A DNA stretch of 64,000 nucleotides from Eledone cirrhosa (lineage: Eukaryota). This document shows positions 25,711 to 41,290 of the stretch, piece by piece (positions within the stretch are counted from its first letter, which is position 1; the number at the start of each line of letters is the position of its first letter). The notes under the pieces were generated by a model. It worked only from the letters and a program-made list of their open reading frames with translations. It did not search any database and was not told where the DNA came from. Location of the stretch: assembly GCA_964016885.1 (NCBI GenBank), contig OZ024743.1:305970001-306034000 (forward strand), in the 5' to 3' direction. The translations under genes were made by a program, and so were the position numbers.

Positions 25711-28700
25711 TCTACCATACCTTTAACACATACACACCCACCACCTTCATCCTTTATCCAGATCACTTTTTAACTATATACCCTTATCCAGATCTCATCA
25801 CAAACACTCACTCTCTACCACAACTTTTACACCCTTTTCTCCCTTACCTGTTCATATATAATGTTTATATTATTTGATCTCAGTTTTACTCCACCTTGTC
25901 CTTACTCAATTCACAGAACAGAAGGGAGGATATACCTTCTATTGGAGTGGTAGAGCAGAGGGTTGTAGGAGAGGGGAAGGGGTCGCATTTGCAGTCAGGA
26001 ATGGAATCGTCTCAAAGCTGGAAAATCTTCCTTGTGGATTCAATGACCGGATAATGTCCATGAGAGTCCCTCTGATTCAAAACCGCTTTGTGACATTGGT
26101 GAGTGTGCATGCTTTTATTATGTCTGCTAGTGATGATGAAAAACTAAGTTTCTACATGTCTTTGAGAGAGGTCGTCCATGGTATACCTTATGCAGACAAG
26201 ATTGTCATCCTTGGTGATTTTAATGCACGTGTTGGTAATGACTGGGAAGCTTGGAGTGTGATGGGCAGGCATGGAGTAGGTAAGTGCAATAACAATGGCC
26301 TACTTCTGTTGCAGATGTGCACTGAGATGGATCTTGTTGTTGGGAACACGCTTTTCAGCAGAAAGACAAATATAAGACAACTTGGATGCATCCAGATTCC
26401 AAGAAGTAGCACCTTATTGACTTCGTTTTAACGAGAAAACGTGATATCAGGGATATCACATTGGTTCGTGTTTTGCGAGCGCGAACTGTTGGACTGATCA
26501 TCATCTGGTGCGCGTCAAGTTTCAATTTGTTGTGAAGCCCAAAGTAAGGGGGAAGAAGGTTGCACTTCCAAAACAACTAAACGTGGCTCGTCTGAAAACA
26601 GAGAAAGTCAGGGCTGAGCTGTGGAGGTCCCTTGAGTCCATGGAATGTGAAAACACTTGGGAATCATTGAAGAAAACCGTCTATGATGTTAATGCTGGAG
26701 TTTTGGGTCATACCAATAGAAATCACAAAGACTGGTTCGATGAAAATGATCCAGTGATCGAGACCTTGCTTGAAGAGAAACAAAATGTGCTGGCATCATT
26801 GTTGTATGAGACACGTTCTGACAGGAGTGACCGGACCTTCAGGCAAATCAAGGCACGTATGCAACATCGATTGAGAGCCATGCAGAATACCTGGTGGAGC
26901 CAAAAGGCTGATGAAATCCATAAGGCCTCAGATAGACATGATACAAAGCTCCTATACAGTCTGCTCGGGGAGGTGTATGGTCCGACCGGTTCACAAATAT
27001 CACCACTTCGCTCCGGGGACGGCAAGGAATTGCTCAGAGATCAGAAGGAAATCCTGATCAGGTGGCATGACCACTTTGATGAGCTTCTCAACAGACCATC
27101 AGAAATTGATGATGAGTTCATCCGGTCGATTCCATCCAGACCTACAAAGCTGGCAATGGCTGATCCTCCTTCATTTGATGAGGTGGCGAAGGCCATTGCC
27201 AAATTAAACAGCGCAAGTCACCTGGAATGGATGGACTGAGTGTCGAGATTTTCAAGTGTGCTGGTGATAACTTCTTAAACCGCCTCACTGATCTCTTTGT
27301 GAATGTTTGGAATGAAGAAGATGTGCCACAGGATTGGAAAGATGCACTGATGGTGGTACTTTACAAAGGAAAGGGAGCCAAAGATGACTGTGGCAACTAC
27401 AGAGGTATTTCATTGCTATCTGTGGCTGGGAAGATCTTGTGCAGGATATTGTTGGACAGATTGATACAGCACATTGCTGTTGGGGTACTTCCTGAGTCCC
27501 AATGTGGCTTTAGGAATGGCAGAGGCACTGTTGACATGATCGTCTCGGCCAAACAACTTCAAGAGAAATGCATTGAGTAACGCATGGACTTATACCAATT
27601 TTTGTCGATCTGACCAAGGCATTTGACATCGTTAATCGGAAGGCTTTGTGGGTTATTTTAGAGAGATTGGGCTGTCCTGAAAAGTTTGTGAACATTCTGA
27701 AACTCTTCCACGATGACATGCAGGCATGGGTGAATGTTGGAGGTAAAATGTCTGAGCTAATCTCGGTTGACAATGGTGTCAAGCAGGGTGATATACCTGC
27801 ACCAACTTTGTTTGCCTTGTATTTCGCGATGGTGTTCTTCATGGCCTTCGAGGATTGTCAACACGGTAACTATCTCAGATATTGCACTTCCGGCAAGCTG
27901 TTTAACCTTAGGCGTCTCACTGCCAACACTAAGGTACTGAGTACCTTGATCAGAGAATTTTTATATGCAGATGATTGTGATCTCTTTGCATACTCCCAGA
28001 GTGACATGCAACACCTTATGGATTCTTTTTCTAATGCGTGCAGTGCTTTGGGACTGACAATCAGTCTGAAGAAGACTGTCGTCATGTACCAACCTGCTCC
28101 GGATAAAGTTTTCAATGAACCCTCCATACACGTATACGGTCAAAAGCTGAAGGCTGCTGACACATTTGTGTATTTGGGGAGTACTCTGAGTGTGACCTGC
28201 TCTCTGGATGCAGAAGTTGGTCTACGTGTTAGTAAGGCAAGTGAGTCATTTGGAAAGCTAAACTACCGTCTTTGGTGCAGGCGAGGAATCACAATGAGGA
28301 CCAAGGTGAGAGTGTATGATGTATGTTTACTGTCAGCTTTGCTGTATGCATGTGAGACATGGGTTGCCTACAAACGGCATATCCACAGACTGGAACGGTT
28401 TCGCCAGCAGTGTCTCAGAAAGATGCTTGGTATCAAGTGGCAGATGCATGTGAGTGATGTTGAGGTCCTTGAGAGAAGTGAGTGCCGGAGCATTGAGAGT
28501 ATTATCCACCAACGGCGTTTGCGATGGACCGGACACCTCTGCAGAATGGAGGATGATCGAATCCCAAAACAACTCTTGTATGACGAGCTTTGTGAGGGTA
28601 AGAGACATCACAAACCAAAGCTCCGATTCAAGGAGTGAGTAAAGGACTCATTGAAAAAAAATGGTTTTATGATGGCTGACTGGGAGATAGAAGCTCTTGA

Positions 28701-29738
28701 AAGAGAAACTTGGCGTGGAATGGTGAATGATGGGTCCATAATTTTGAGGACAGATGGATAGAGCACGAGAAGATCAAAAGGGATGTGCGTAAGCAATGCC
28801 CTGGTGTATCTCTCGAAACGATCGGTGTCTCCATTGAATTGAAGTGCCCTGAGTGTGGAAAAATTTGCTTGAGTAAATCTGGTCTCAGGAGCCACAGTCG
28901 CAGCCATGTTCAAAGACAACCAGTGAACTATGATCTCCACGGTATTGTGAGTGTTCACGGGCAACCTGATGCGAGACCTCAAGCCAGGGAGATCCATAGT
29001 TGTCGTCAATGTGTGAAGGAGTGCAAGTCTCTAGCAGGCTTGAAAAGCCATATCCGAGATCCCATATCTGAATCTGACAAGCGATTGCAATACTCTTGGC
29101 AGAGTTTGCAGCCATCATGTGTATATATGTATGTGTGTGTGCGTATGTATGTATATATGTGCGTATGGGTATGTATGTGTACGTGCGTGTGTGTATATAT
29201 ATATATATTATATATATATATATGTGTATGTGTATATACACGTGCGCGTGTGTATAGAGCTTTTTGTTTTTGTGTTTTTGTGTTTGTATGTTTGTATGTA
29301 TTTATGTGTGTAATACACCCCCCTTTTTATATGTGTATGTGTGTATTTGTGCGTACATATTTGAGTGCATATATATATCTGTGTATATGTATGTGTATGT
29401 ATTTATGTTCCTGTTCGTTTTTCTATGTAGACGCATATACGTTTATGTGAGAAAGTATACGTCTACGTACTATTACGTATATGCGCGTGGTTGAGAGTGT
29501 GTGTGTGTTTATGTTCTGGATATTTATTTTTATTTATATATTTTATTCCCCTATTTCCTTTCTGTCCGTTTTTTTCAGCCTCACTTTTATATTTCCTAAA
29601 TTTTGTTTTAAAATCCCTATTTAATAAAAACACCATGTTATTTATCCATTCTGGCGACTGAAAACAGACATAACATCTACCTTCAAGAAACCACTGGTAA
29701 ATGAAATAATGATCTTATGTTGTTTATTACATAACTAA
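25708..29738 (+). repeat. Upstream direct pLTR of the 29.9-32 kb PLE, split by an RTE LINE
   Basis: 25708-25907 matches about 32172-32370, and 29120-29738 matches about 34050-34518. Confidence 0.85.
25908..29118 (+). mobile_element. RTE-clade LINE (APE endonuclease, RT, C-terminal C2H2 fingers), 5'-truncated and frameshifted
   Basis: YTFYWSG, GVAFAV, LGDFNARVG, NYRGISLLS, ESQCGFR, GVKQGD, FLYADD, LYACETW, RLRWTGH, CPECGKICLSKSGLRSHSRSH. Confidence 0.95.
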
Positions 29739-29912
29739 TAAGCTCTGTAGCCTACATAGAGCACTCTTTTTTCCTGTACCTTTCCGACAGAAATACTTCA
29801 TTTATACAGCCGGGAATGATCGAAGCATATTCTATATTACATATATGATTGGCAGCTTCCAGCCCGACAAGTTGAGCACTCTACAGTTTCAGGAAATTAA
29901 CCAACATACACT

Positions 29913-32022
29913 ATGGACGTTTATGAATTGGATTATTCTATCAAAAATATACCTACTCCTTCCAACACCACCTATACCAAATTATTAATTGATAAAATTT
30001 AACAAGTCATAAAAAGAATGAGATGGAAGTCTATGGTTTTTGATGGACAATTCTGTGCTGATTCTAACGACTACTTTGACATTAAATCTCGCAAATACCC
30101 ACCTAGAGTTAAGGACATAGCCAACTTCGAAATAGATCTAGTTAACATGATTAATGAATTAAAATACCGTAAGTACAACAACAATTTTCAATCCAAACTC
30201 TTTAACGATATTTTTAATTTTAAACACTCTACAAATAATTTCGTTTTTTCTGACAAAACAAAAAATCTTTTTGAAGTAAATAACAATTCGTATAACCAAC
30301 CATTAACAGATAGCATTACAGCTAAATATCAAATAGCTAACATTAGTACTTATAATACCATTAATAATGAAGCTAAAGCCCTAGCTAGTACTTTAAAAAT
30401 TGATAACCGGATTGAAAGCCTAGCTAAACGTAAAGAATATATTACCTTAAAGACCATAAATTAGACTTTACTAATCGACCGAGTTGTAGAATAATCAAAC
30501 CTGCTAAATCTGTAATTGGCCTTGCGAGTAAAAAAATCCTAAGAAAAATAATATTTCAAATAAGAACTATGACTGACTTATCCCAATGGTTAAATACATC
30601 CTCTGTTATTTCTTGGTTTAATAATATACAAGGAAAAAAGAAGTGCAGATTTACCTAATTTTATATTGTTGATTTTTACCCCTCTATCACAGAATCCTTA
30701 TTAACTAAAGCTTTAGATTTTGCTAGACTTTTCATTAATATTTCTAAATTAGAAGAAGACGTTATCTTTCATGCTAGGAAACACTACTGTTTGTTAATGA
30801 AGGTACTTGGGTTAAAAAATCAAGCCCTGAAAACTCTTTTGATGTTGCCATGGGCACATATGATAGCGCCGATGAGTGCGATTTAGTAGAATTATGCCTC
30901 GTCCACACCCTTAAAGAGAAATTTCCTTGCCATAATATCGGTTTATACCGAGACGACGGTTTGGCAGTTTCTCATACCACCAACGGCCATAACCTTGATA
31001 AATTCCGTAAAGACTTAATCAATACCTTTGCTAACCTAAACCTAAAAATTACTATAGATACGAATCTTACTAATACTAACTTTCTTGATATCAATCTTGA
31101 CCTACTTACCGCCTCTTTTAAAACTTATCATAAACCAAATGAAAATTTAAGGTATATACACAAAGAGTCTTGCCATCCCCCTATAGTCGTTAACAATCTT
31201 ATTCCTAACGTTAACCGTATCTTCGTCTATAGACATTTTTAACAATAATATAATAAGGCCTCAATAACAGCGGCTTCACCGAACAAATTAAATATTTACC
31301 TACTCCTCTTTCTAACAATAAACACAATAACAGGAAAATAAAAATTATTTGGTTTACACCCCCCCCCCCTTCTCTCTAACTGTTAAAACTAACGTAGGAA
31401 GAAAATTCCTCGACCTTCTAGACAAAGATTTTCCCCCTAATCATAGATATAATAAGATATTCAATAGAAATGTAGTTAAAATCAGCTACTCTTGCTGCCC
31501 ATCAATGTAAACTAAATTACCAACTCTAATTGTACTAGAGTTAATCCAGGATGCAGTTGCAGGAAGCCGGAAGAATGCCCATTACAGGGTAAATGTAATA
31601 CCAAATCTATTGTGTATAAGGCCAAATTGACACCGATGTTTAATAACCAGCCAGCCAGGACTGAACGATATGTTGGCATGACTCAGGACAGATTTAAAAC
31701 CAGGTACTATGCATGTGTCGCTTCTTTCAAACACCCTGAAAAAAGAACAGCAACGGCGCTGGCAAATAAAGTGTTGGAGTTTAAAGACAAAAACATTCCG
31801 TTCACTATTGATTGGTCTATTTTAGACTATTCAAGAGAATACCAAAGGGGCACAAAGAAATGTTCTTTGTGTACTACGGAAAAATTCAGAATTCTCCAAA
31901 ACTTGAAAACCCCTCCCACTTGTCTCAACTCTAAGACCGAGATCTTTCGATGTTGTCCGCACCTGAAATCGCATCTACTTTTTAACTGGATTAACACACT
32001 AACGATTACTCAACCACTTTGA
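29913..32022 (+). pseudogene. PLE RT + GIY-YIG (Hydra-clade-like), full length but decayed, between direct pLTRs
   Basis: MDVYELDYSIKNIP, RMRWK, SDKTKN, MGTYDSADECDLV, GLYRDDG, CSCRKPEECPLQGKC, YVGMT, CSLC. Confidence 0.9.
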
Positions 32023-32535
32023 GCTTCTTCTTTACTTATCCCGCCTTCCACTCACTACCATTATCATCACCTGATGAACACATACTTTCCACCAATATAT
32101 ACTTTTTCTCCCTCACCCTTTTCTATATATTTTTTATTTTTTCATTTGACTTATAAATCCCCTCCCCCCTATTTTCTACCATACCTTTAACACATACACA
32201 CCCACCACCTTCATCCTTTATCCAGATCACTTTTTAACTATATACCCTTATCCAGATCTCATCACAAACACTCACTCTCTACTACAACTTTTACACCCCT
32301 TTTCTCCCTTACCTGTTCATATATAATGTTTATATTATTTGAACTCAGTTTTACTCCACCAAGTCCTTACTTACCCACTATGTTTTTTAAATGTACTCAC
32401 ATAAGGTTATATGTGAGCGCATTTGCAGACAGGCTTATGTGTACATACATTTATACGTGATTTTGTTTATGTATGTGTGTGTGTGTGTGTATGTGTGTTC
32501 TTTATGCATGAATATCTTTTGTATGTGTATATATT

Positions 32536-32584
<49 letters not shown>

Positions 32585-33115
32585 ATGTATATATGTGTGT
32601 ATATATATATGTGTGTGTGTGTGTATAGGTATATATAAGCATAGGGATATTTAATTTGTCGGTTATTCAACAAAAATATAACTTTATCTCTGATTCGAAG
32701 CAAGCACTTGACAAGTCTTCTGGGGTATAATACTTTTTCAATATTTAATATTTAATTTGTCGGTTATTCAACAAAAATATAACTTTATCTCTGATTCGAG
32801 GCACTCGACAAGTCTTCTGGAGAATATTTTTTCTTTTTTTTTTTATTTTTTTTTTCATTTTTTTTTTCATCTTTTTTTTCTTTTCTTTTCTTTTTTTCTT
32901 TTGTTTTTCTTCTTCTTTTCTTTTTTTCTTTTTTACTTTTTTTCATTTTTTCCTTTTTTGCTACCCCCCTTTTTATACTCCCACCTGCGAGCGAGTGTGT
33001 ATTTATAGTTTGCCTGCCTATATGTTTATGCACACACACACGTACGTGTATGTATGCATGCATATGTTTGTGTGTTTGTATATGTATAGGTGTGTGTGTG
33101 TATATTTAGGTATAC

Positions 33116-33172
<57 letters not shown>

Positions 33173-33391
33173 TATATATATATATGTGTGTGTGTATGTG
33201 TATGTATATATGTTTTTGTATATATGTGTATATATATGTGTGTATGGATTTACGTATATGTTTATATGTATGCGTGTGTTGATTTTTTATTGCGTGCGTG
33301 TGTGCGTATGTACGTGGGTTATGTAACTTTGAGTTTCATCTATCTATCTTATTGTACGTTTTTTGTATGTATGTATGTGTATATATATGTG

Positions 33392-33471
<80 letters not shown>

Positions 33472-33851
33472 TATATATATATATGTGTATGTATATTTAT
33501 TTCATATATATATATATATACATATATGTGTGTGTGTTTGTATGTTTGTATACTTATGTATACACATATATGTGTATATATATATGTATATATGTGTGTG
33601 TGTATGTATATTTATATATATATATGCATATCGTGTGTATTTGTTTATTTTAAAGTTGTTTTTATCTATTCCCCCCTCCTCACCACACCCAAATTTTCGT
33701 TGTCAACACGTCCCTTTTTTACTTTATTTTGATTTTGATTTTCTTATATACATATATATATTTTGAATTTTTTGTTCTTATATATTTATTTAGTTATTTC
33801 TGCTTCTAAACTACTTCCCAATGGCTCACACATAGTGATATCTGCATGTGC

Positions 33852-33884
<33 letters not shown>

Positions 33885-33918
33885 TGTATGTATGTATGTA
33901 TGTATGTATGTATGTATG

Positions 33919-33967
<49 letters not shown>

Positions 33968-34425
33968 TTGTGTGTGTGTGTGTATGTATGTGTGTGTATG
34001 TATGTGTGTGTATATATATATGTGTGTATGAGTGTGTGTATGTATGTGTAAATATATATATATGTGTGTGTATGCATGTATATATGTGCGTATGGGTATG
34101 TACGTGTATGTGTGTGTGTATGTTTATATATATGTGTGTGTGTGTATTTGTGCGTACATATTTGAGTACATATATATCTGTGTATATGTATGTATTCTTC
34201 GTTTTTCTATGTAGATGTATATACGCTTATGTGAGAAAGTATATATCTACGTACTATTAGGTATATGCGCGTGTTTGAGAGTGTGTATGTTTATGTTCTG
34301 GATATTTATTTTTATTTATATATTTTATTCCCCTATTTCTTTTCTGCCCGTTTTTTCAGCCTCACTTTCATATTTCCTACATTTTGTATTCAAATCCCTA
34401 TTTAATAAAAACACCATGTTATTTA

Positions 34426-34486
34426 TTCATTCTGACGACTGAAAATAGGCATAACATCTGCCTTCAAGAAACCACTGGTAAATGAA
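34426..34486 (+). ncRNA. Type I HHR of the downstream pLTR; upstream twin 29646-29705 has CTGGCGA
   Basis: ttcatt CTGACGA ..aggca/tgcct.. GAAA ccactgg TA aatgaa. Confidence 0.82.
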
Positions 34487-34519
34487 ATAATTATCTTATG
34501 TTGTATATTACATAACTAA

Positions 34520-35890
<1,371 letters not shown>

Positions 35891-36324
35891 ATAGTTATTA
35901 TATAGTAAGGTGTATTATTGGTTGTGTCAATACACTTTTGTTAGCAATATTAAGTTCTCCACGCTTTTGTATATCTCCAATTCCATTTATGGGAACAGCT
36001 AGGTGGTGTAAAACGGAGTATTTGTATCAGAATAAAGATCAGAAGGCATGGTATAAATTTCCAAACATTTTAATCACGACACATCTTTCAATAAGAGATA
36101 AATCGATCGAGTAACCATGATTGATTATCACTGATCTCGTCAGGTGAAAATTAATTGTCTTCAAATCCTTGATATGAGGGAGAAAATTGGCGATGTTCAC
36201 TCACAGAGTATAGTCCCTCGTATGAAGATCAAGCAGTCAAAACACGGCGACTGCTATCGTCCTCAGTTAGGGTCATAAAACTATCAAGTCTCTCTCTCTC
36301 TTAATAGCTGTAAAAGACGCTGGA

Positions 36325-36535
36325 CATCAATCAAATCTGTAGAATTACAGTCGATCACAGATGGTGTGAGTGGATACACACGCACTCACACACACCGACG
36401 CGAGGTTAGAGAAAAAATATATACATATACCAACATAGCATCAAATCTGTAGAACTATAGACGGTCACAGTTAGTGTGAGTGAGTTCACACACACTCACA
36501 CACACCGATGCGAGGCCAGAGAAAAAATATAAATA
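36325..36535 (+). repeat. Two diverged tandem copies of about 110 bp
   Basis: atcaaatctgtagaa...gtgtgagt...cactcacacacaccga.gcgagg..agagaaaaaatat occurs twice. Confidence 0.7.
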
Positions 36536-36824
36536 TACCAGGATAGTATTCACCAAAAGTTATTTTAGAAAACAACAAATGTTATATTGATCAAATCTCA
36601 ATTTAGAGAACATCGAAATAAAAATAGAATCGACACACAAAAAAGACGCATGTTTAGACAAACCACAGAGGCAATAAACATAAATGAACTCCAACCAAAA
36701 TTAAATAGAAAACATGAATGGAAAAGCAACATCACAACTTACAATTAGCGACAAAATTTATATATATATAGATAAATATTTATATAATGTATATATATAT
36801 ATAATGTATATATATATGAATATA

Positions 36825-36874
<50 letters not shown>

Positions 36875-36877
<3 letters not shown>

Positions 36878-39245
36878 AATGAATAATAACAGGTAGACAT
36901 CATAAAAAGGTAATTTATTCCGTGTGCTTACAAGTGTTTCCACGGTGGTACTGCAGCCTAGTTCCGCTACGTGCAAATTCACAAGTACTTGCAGAACTCG
37001 AATATCCAATGCTGTGACCACTGTTTCCTCAGAGCAGAATGGTAAATGTACAATGTAAAAACCCTTAAGTGGGTTGTTGGGGAAGATAGAGTGGAACAGG
37101 AAGAGAGAAAAGTAGGGAAGATGGAGAGAGAAGGAAAGATATGCAGGGGTTGGAGAAGTAGGAGAGAGTGGCTTGTAGATATCTTAATCAAAATGTTATG
37201 GTAGGGGTTACTTTTGGAGAGATGCGTTGATAGTTAAGGTCGGAATTATTTATTGCCCCAGAGGGCAGGTTCATAGATGTTGAGAGGGCGGTAGGTCAAA
37301 GGTGAGAGAGAGAGAGTGTAATGGATGTAGAGAGAGATATAGGTAGAGAGGGGACAGATAAAGTATGTGTGGTGAGTGAACTTTTGGTTTTGTAGTAGTA
37401 ATCTAGGAATTGTACTGAGTTACCATGTATAGTGATAAGCAGTGTATTGTCTTGTAGTGTGGGGGGAAGAGAAGGTTGTTAGCTAGAAAGTGGTGTTATA
37501 GTTACGGGTTCGAATGTTAAGTTATTTTATAGTGAGAGAATTTAGCTTTTAGTTTGTGGTTGCAGTATAACGATCGTTCAATTCTATCGTTAAGTAGTTT
37601 GTTTTTGGATTTTAATATGTAAAATAGCTCAAGGTTACATAACCTGCAGTACTTCAATCCACTCCGATATGCACTTGCGCTGGAAAGTATATCCCATTTT
37701 AAGGTGAACTGTTGGTTGTGTTCACGGAGTTGCCAGGTCTTGTTGGCGAGCGTGGTCACAAAACGGTGATTCGGATGTTTGATTGAGAATCGATGACGGT
37801 ACCAGCGAGATTTAAACGATGTGGTGGTAGATCCGATATAATACCATTTCTGGTCGTTCGATTCAACCGTGCATTGGTAAACAATGTTGAACTTTAAGCA
37901 TTCATTCTGCAATGGACATCTTTCAGGTAGATGGCAGTTACATTCTTTGTTGTGGGTAGCGGGTACACCATGGATAGGTTGTGATAGCGGTACAGGTGGG
38001 TTGTGCAATACCCGTCTCCCATTTAGTGGTTGGGAGGCAGATATTGCGTTCTGCCCATCTGTTCCTAAAATGTTTTGTTTTGTAGAGTTGTTTAATTGCC
38101 TTAAGTTAAGTTTTTTTATGTATGCTTCAAGGTTTGGTGCCGTGGAGTATGATAATCTAATAGTTTTAGAGTTCAGAATTTTGCTGTACTTATGGGAACT
38201 AGGGAAGTGTTTATTGATTAATTTAAAGAATGAAAGAGATAGTTTTGTACTAATCGAGGCATTAAAAATAGGATTGTACCAGATATACTTTCTACAACGT
38301 GATTTATTTGGTGGTGATCTTCTATTATTAGTATGTCTGGTAGTACTGTGTGTGTGTGCTTGTGTTTTAGTCCCCCGGTTACGTATACCTTGGTTACGTG
38401 TAGAGCTATGTGTGCTGTGGAAATTCCTATCGATGTATTCTATTGTATCCCGGTGGTCAGCATTCCTTAATGCATTATTGTAGTATTCAGCATGTTCACT
38501 AAAAATATCAGAGTTAGACGATAGGCGAGAGATTCTAAGAGAAATACTCCGGGGAACTGATTTGATCATGGAGAGTGGGTGGTTAGAGTTAAAGTTAATA
38601 TACGTAAGGTTCTCATTTACCTTGTGGAAGGGTCGTATCTGTCCGGTATTTAAATTAAGAGTTACGTCCAGAAAGTTTACTACTTTAAGATTGTATTCGT
38701 ATGTTATTTTTAGACCCAGTTCACTAAAAGATTTTCTAATATTTTTCCGTAGCCTTTCAAGATTTTGGTTATTCAAGTTATTAACTAATAAGAGCCCGTC
38801 ATCTCTGTATATCCCCCCCCCCCTGTAGATTACTAAATTTACTATGTAATATGTGGGCTATGGAAATTCCCACGAGATCCGTGACCTCCGCCGAGTCGTT
38901 GGAACCCATGGTAATATCGAAATTTGTGGGTCTGTCCTTACGTTCCCAGTAGCAGTTATCGAACTTAATAATGGTTTTTCTAGCCTCGAGAATAATATTA
39001 ATTTCGTCCTCCGTTAGGTCGGAATTGACCTTAGCAAACGATAGGGCCTTACGTAAAGTGCTTGGTGAGATGGAAGAGTAGTATTCGTCTATGTCAAATT
39101 GTATAAACTTAGATTTATTCTTATTCTTAACATTATTAAACCAGCGAATTGCTTCGCTAGTGTTGCCCCATAATTTAATTTCAATTTTCTTTTTCACTTG
39201 AGTTATTACTCTGTCAAGTATATGTTTGCTAATTTTCCCTATATA
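36875..39245 (-). mobile_element. 5'-truncated Hydra-clade-like PLE, related to 23460-25710
   Basis: ORFs 38799-39245 and 37517-38776: FIQFDIDEYYSSI, MGSNDSAEVTDLVG, CNCHLPERCPLQNEC, YIGSTT, CRLC..CNH; frameshift in a C run at about 38815. Confidence 0.92.
36925..37036 (-). ncRNA. HHR with 85-nt branched stem II
   Basis: tgct CTGAGGA [acagtggt/accaccgt, cagc/gctg, agttctgc/gcggaact] GAAA cacttg TA agca. Confidence 0.7.
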
Positions 39246-39253
39246 TATATATT

Positions 39254-39332
<79 letters not shown>

Positions 39333-39444
39333 CATATATAATGTGTATATATATATATATATATCTAATGTATGTATATATAATATATATATATATATAC
39401 AATATATATATATATATATATAATGTTATTATCTATATATATAA

Positions 39445-40230
39445 TGTATATTTATTAAAATAACATATTAAAGTTTAAGCAAAGAATCGCTGCTTTCACC
39501 CTTAACGAGATCTTCTGAAACTAACAAAGTCAATCTGTAAACGCAGAACTGGATATTTCAAAAAACGTTGCAACCGGAGGAAGACAGGAAGACGATACTT
39601 TGGTTCGTGGTAACGTTCGCTGGCAAAGAACCGGAAAAAACGAATAATACGTCATTAATAGAAGCGGTGTAAAACAATTACGCGCAAACACAGAACCACG
39701 TTTATGGTATAAAAGAGGTCGTAGACTAATGTTCTCTTAGGTGGTGCATAGAGACGTTCTCTGGCAATGAAAGAAAAAACGAAGATAATACGTCAATGTG
39801 GAGCGTGGAGAACAATAGCACGCAAAGCAAAACCACGTAAATGGTATAGCAGAAGTCGTAGACTAAAATTCTAACTAGGAGACCAAATGAATCTCCGCTA
39901 CAGAGTTAAAAACAAAGTAAATAAATACAATACAGAAGTAATAATGTATATATATATATATATAATTGTTTCGACTTTTGGCACAAGGCCAGCAATTACC
40001 CAGTACATTACTGGTACTTTATTTTATCGACCCCGTAAGGATGAAAGGCAAAGTTAACCTCGACGGGATTTGAACTCAAACCGTAAAGGGACGTAACTAT
40101 GCTAGAAAGCATGGCGTCCAACCCTCTACTGATACTGCCAATTCACCGCCCTCTATATATATATACATATATATATATATAATGTTATTATATATATATA
40201 TACACGTTATATATATATATATATAATAAC

Positions 40231-40306
<76 letters not shown>

Positions 40307-41133
40307 GTTATTATATATATATATATATAACGTGTATATATATATATATATAATGTTATTATATATATATATATATAACGTGTATATATATATATATATA
40401 TAATAACATTATATATATATATGTATATATATATAGAGGGCGGTGAATTGGCAGTATCAGTAGAGGGTTGGACGCCATGCTTTCTAGCATAGTTACGTCC
40501 CTTTACGGTTTGAGTTCAAATCCTGTCGAGGTTAACTTTGCCTTTCATCCTTACGGGGTCGATAAAATAAAGTACCAGTAATGTACTGGGTAATTGCTGG
40601 CCTTGTGCCAAAAGTAGAAACAATTATATATATATATATATACATTATTACTTCTGTATTGTATTTATTTACTTTGTTCTTAACTCTGTAGCGGAGATTC
40701 ATTTGGTCTCCTAGTTAGAATTTTAGTCTACGACTTCTGCTATACCATTTACGTGGTTTTGCTTTGCGTGCTATTGTTCTCCACCCTCCACATTGACGTA
40801 TTATCTTCGTTTTTTCGTTCATTGCCAGAGAACGTCTCTATGCACCACCTAAGAGAACATTAGTCTACGACCTCTTTTATACCATAAACGTGGTTCTGTG
40901 TTTGCGCGTAATTGTTTTACACCGCTCCTATTAATGACGTATTATTCGTTTTTTCCGGTTCTTTGCCAGGGAACGTTACCACGAACCAAAGTATCGTCTT
41001 CCTGTCTTCCTCCGGTTGCAACGTTTTTTGAAATATCCAGTTCTGCGTTTACAGATTGACTTTGTTAGTTTCAGAAGATCCCGTTAAGGGTGAAAGCAGC
41101 GATTCTTTGCTTAAACTTTAATATGTTATTTTA

Positions 41134-41140
<7 letters not shown>
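39445..41140. repeat. Palindrome of about 1.7 kb: pLTR(-) + SINE(-) + (TA)n centre + SINE(+) + pLTR(+)
   Basis: 39445-40153 is the near-exact reverse complement of 40434-41140, including the TA spacer between SINE and pLTR. Confidence 0.92.
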
Positions 41141-41192
<52 letters not shown>

Positions 41193-41197
41193 CACAT

Positions 41198-41242
<45 letters not shown>

Positions 41243-41249
41243 CACACCC

Positions 41250-41290
<41 letters not shown>

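Noticed and set aside
24429-25766. 445-aa ORF as an intact protein with its own start
   Set aside because: Its N-terminal residues come from the adjacent inverted pLTR of another family. The RT is 5'-truncated and frameshifts before the endonuclease.
32071-32090. CTGATGA just after the PLE stop codon
   Set aside because: No matching stem II, GAAA or stem I; the element's HHR is at 34426.
37884-38483. Long antisense ORFs over PLE/LINE coding regions (also 10283-10669, 28608-29009)
   Set aside because: Shadow frames of the retroelement ORFs, with no recognisable motifs.
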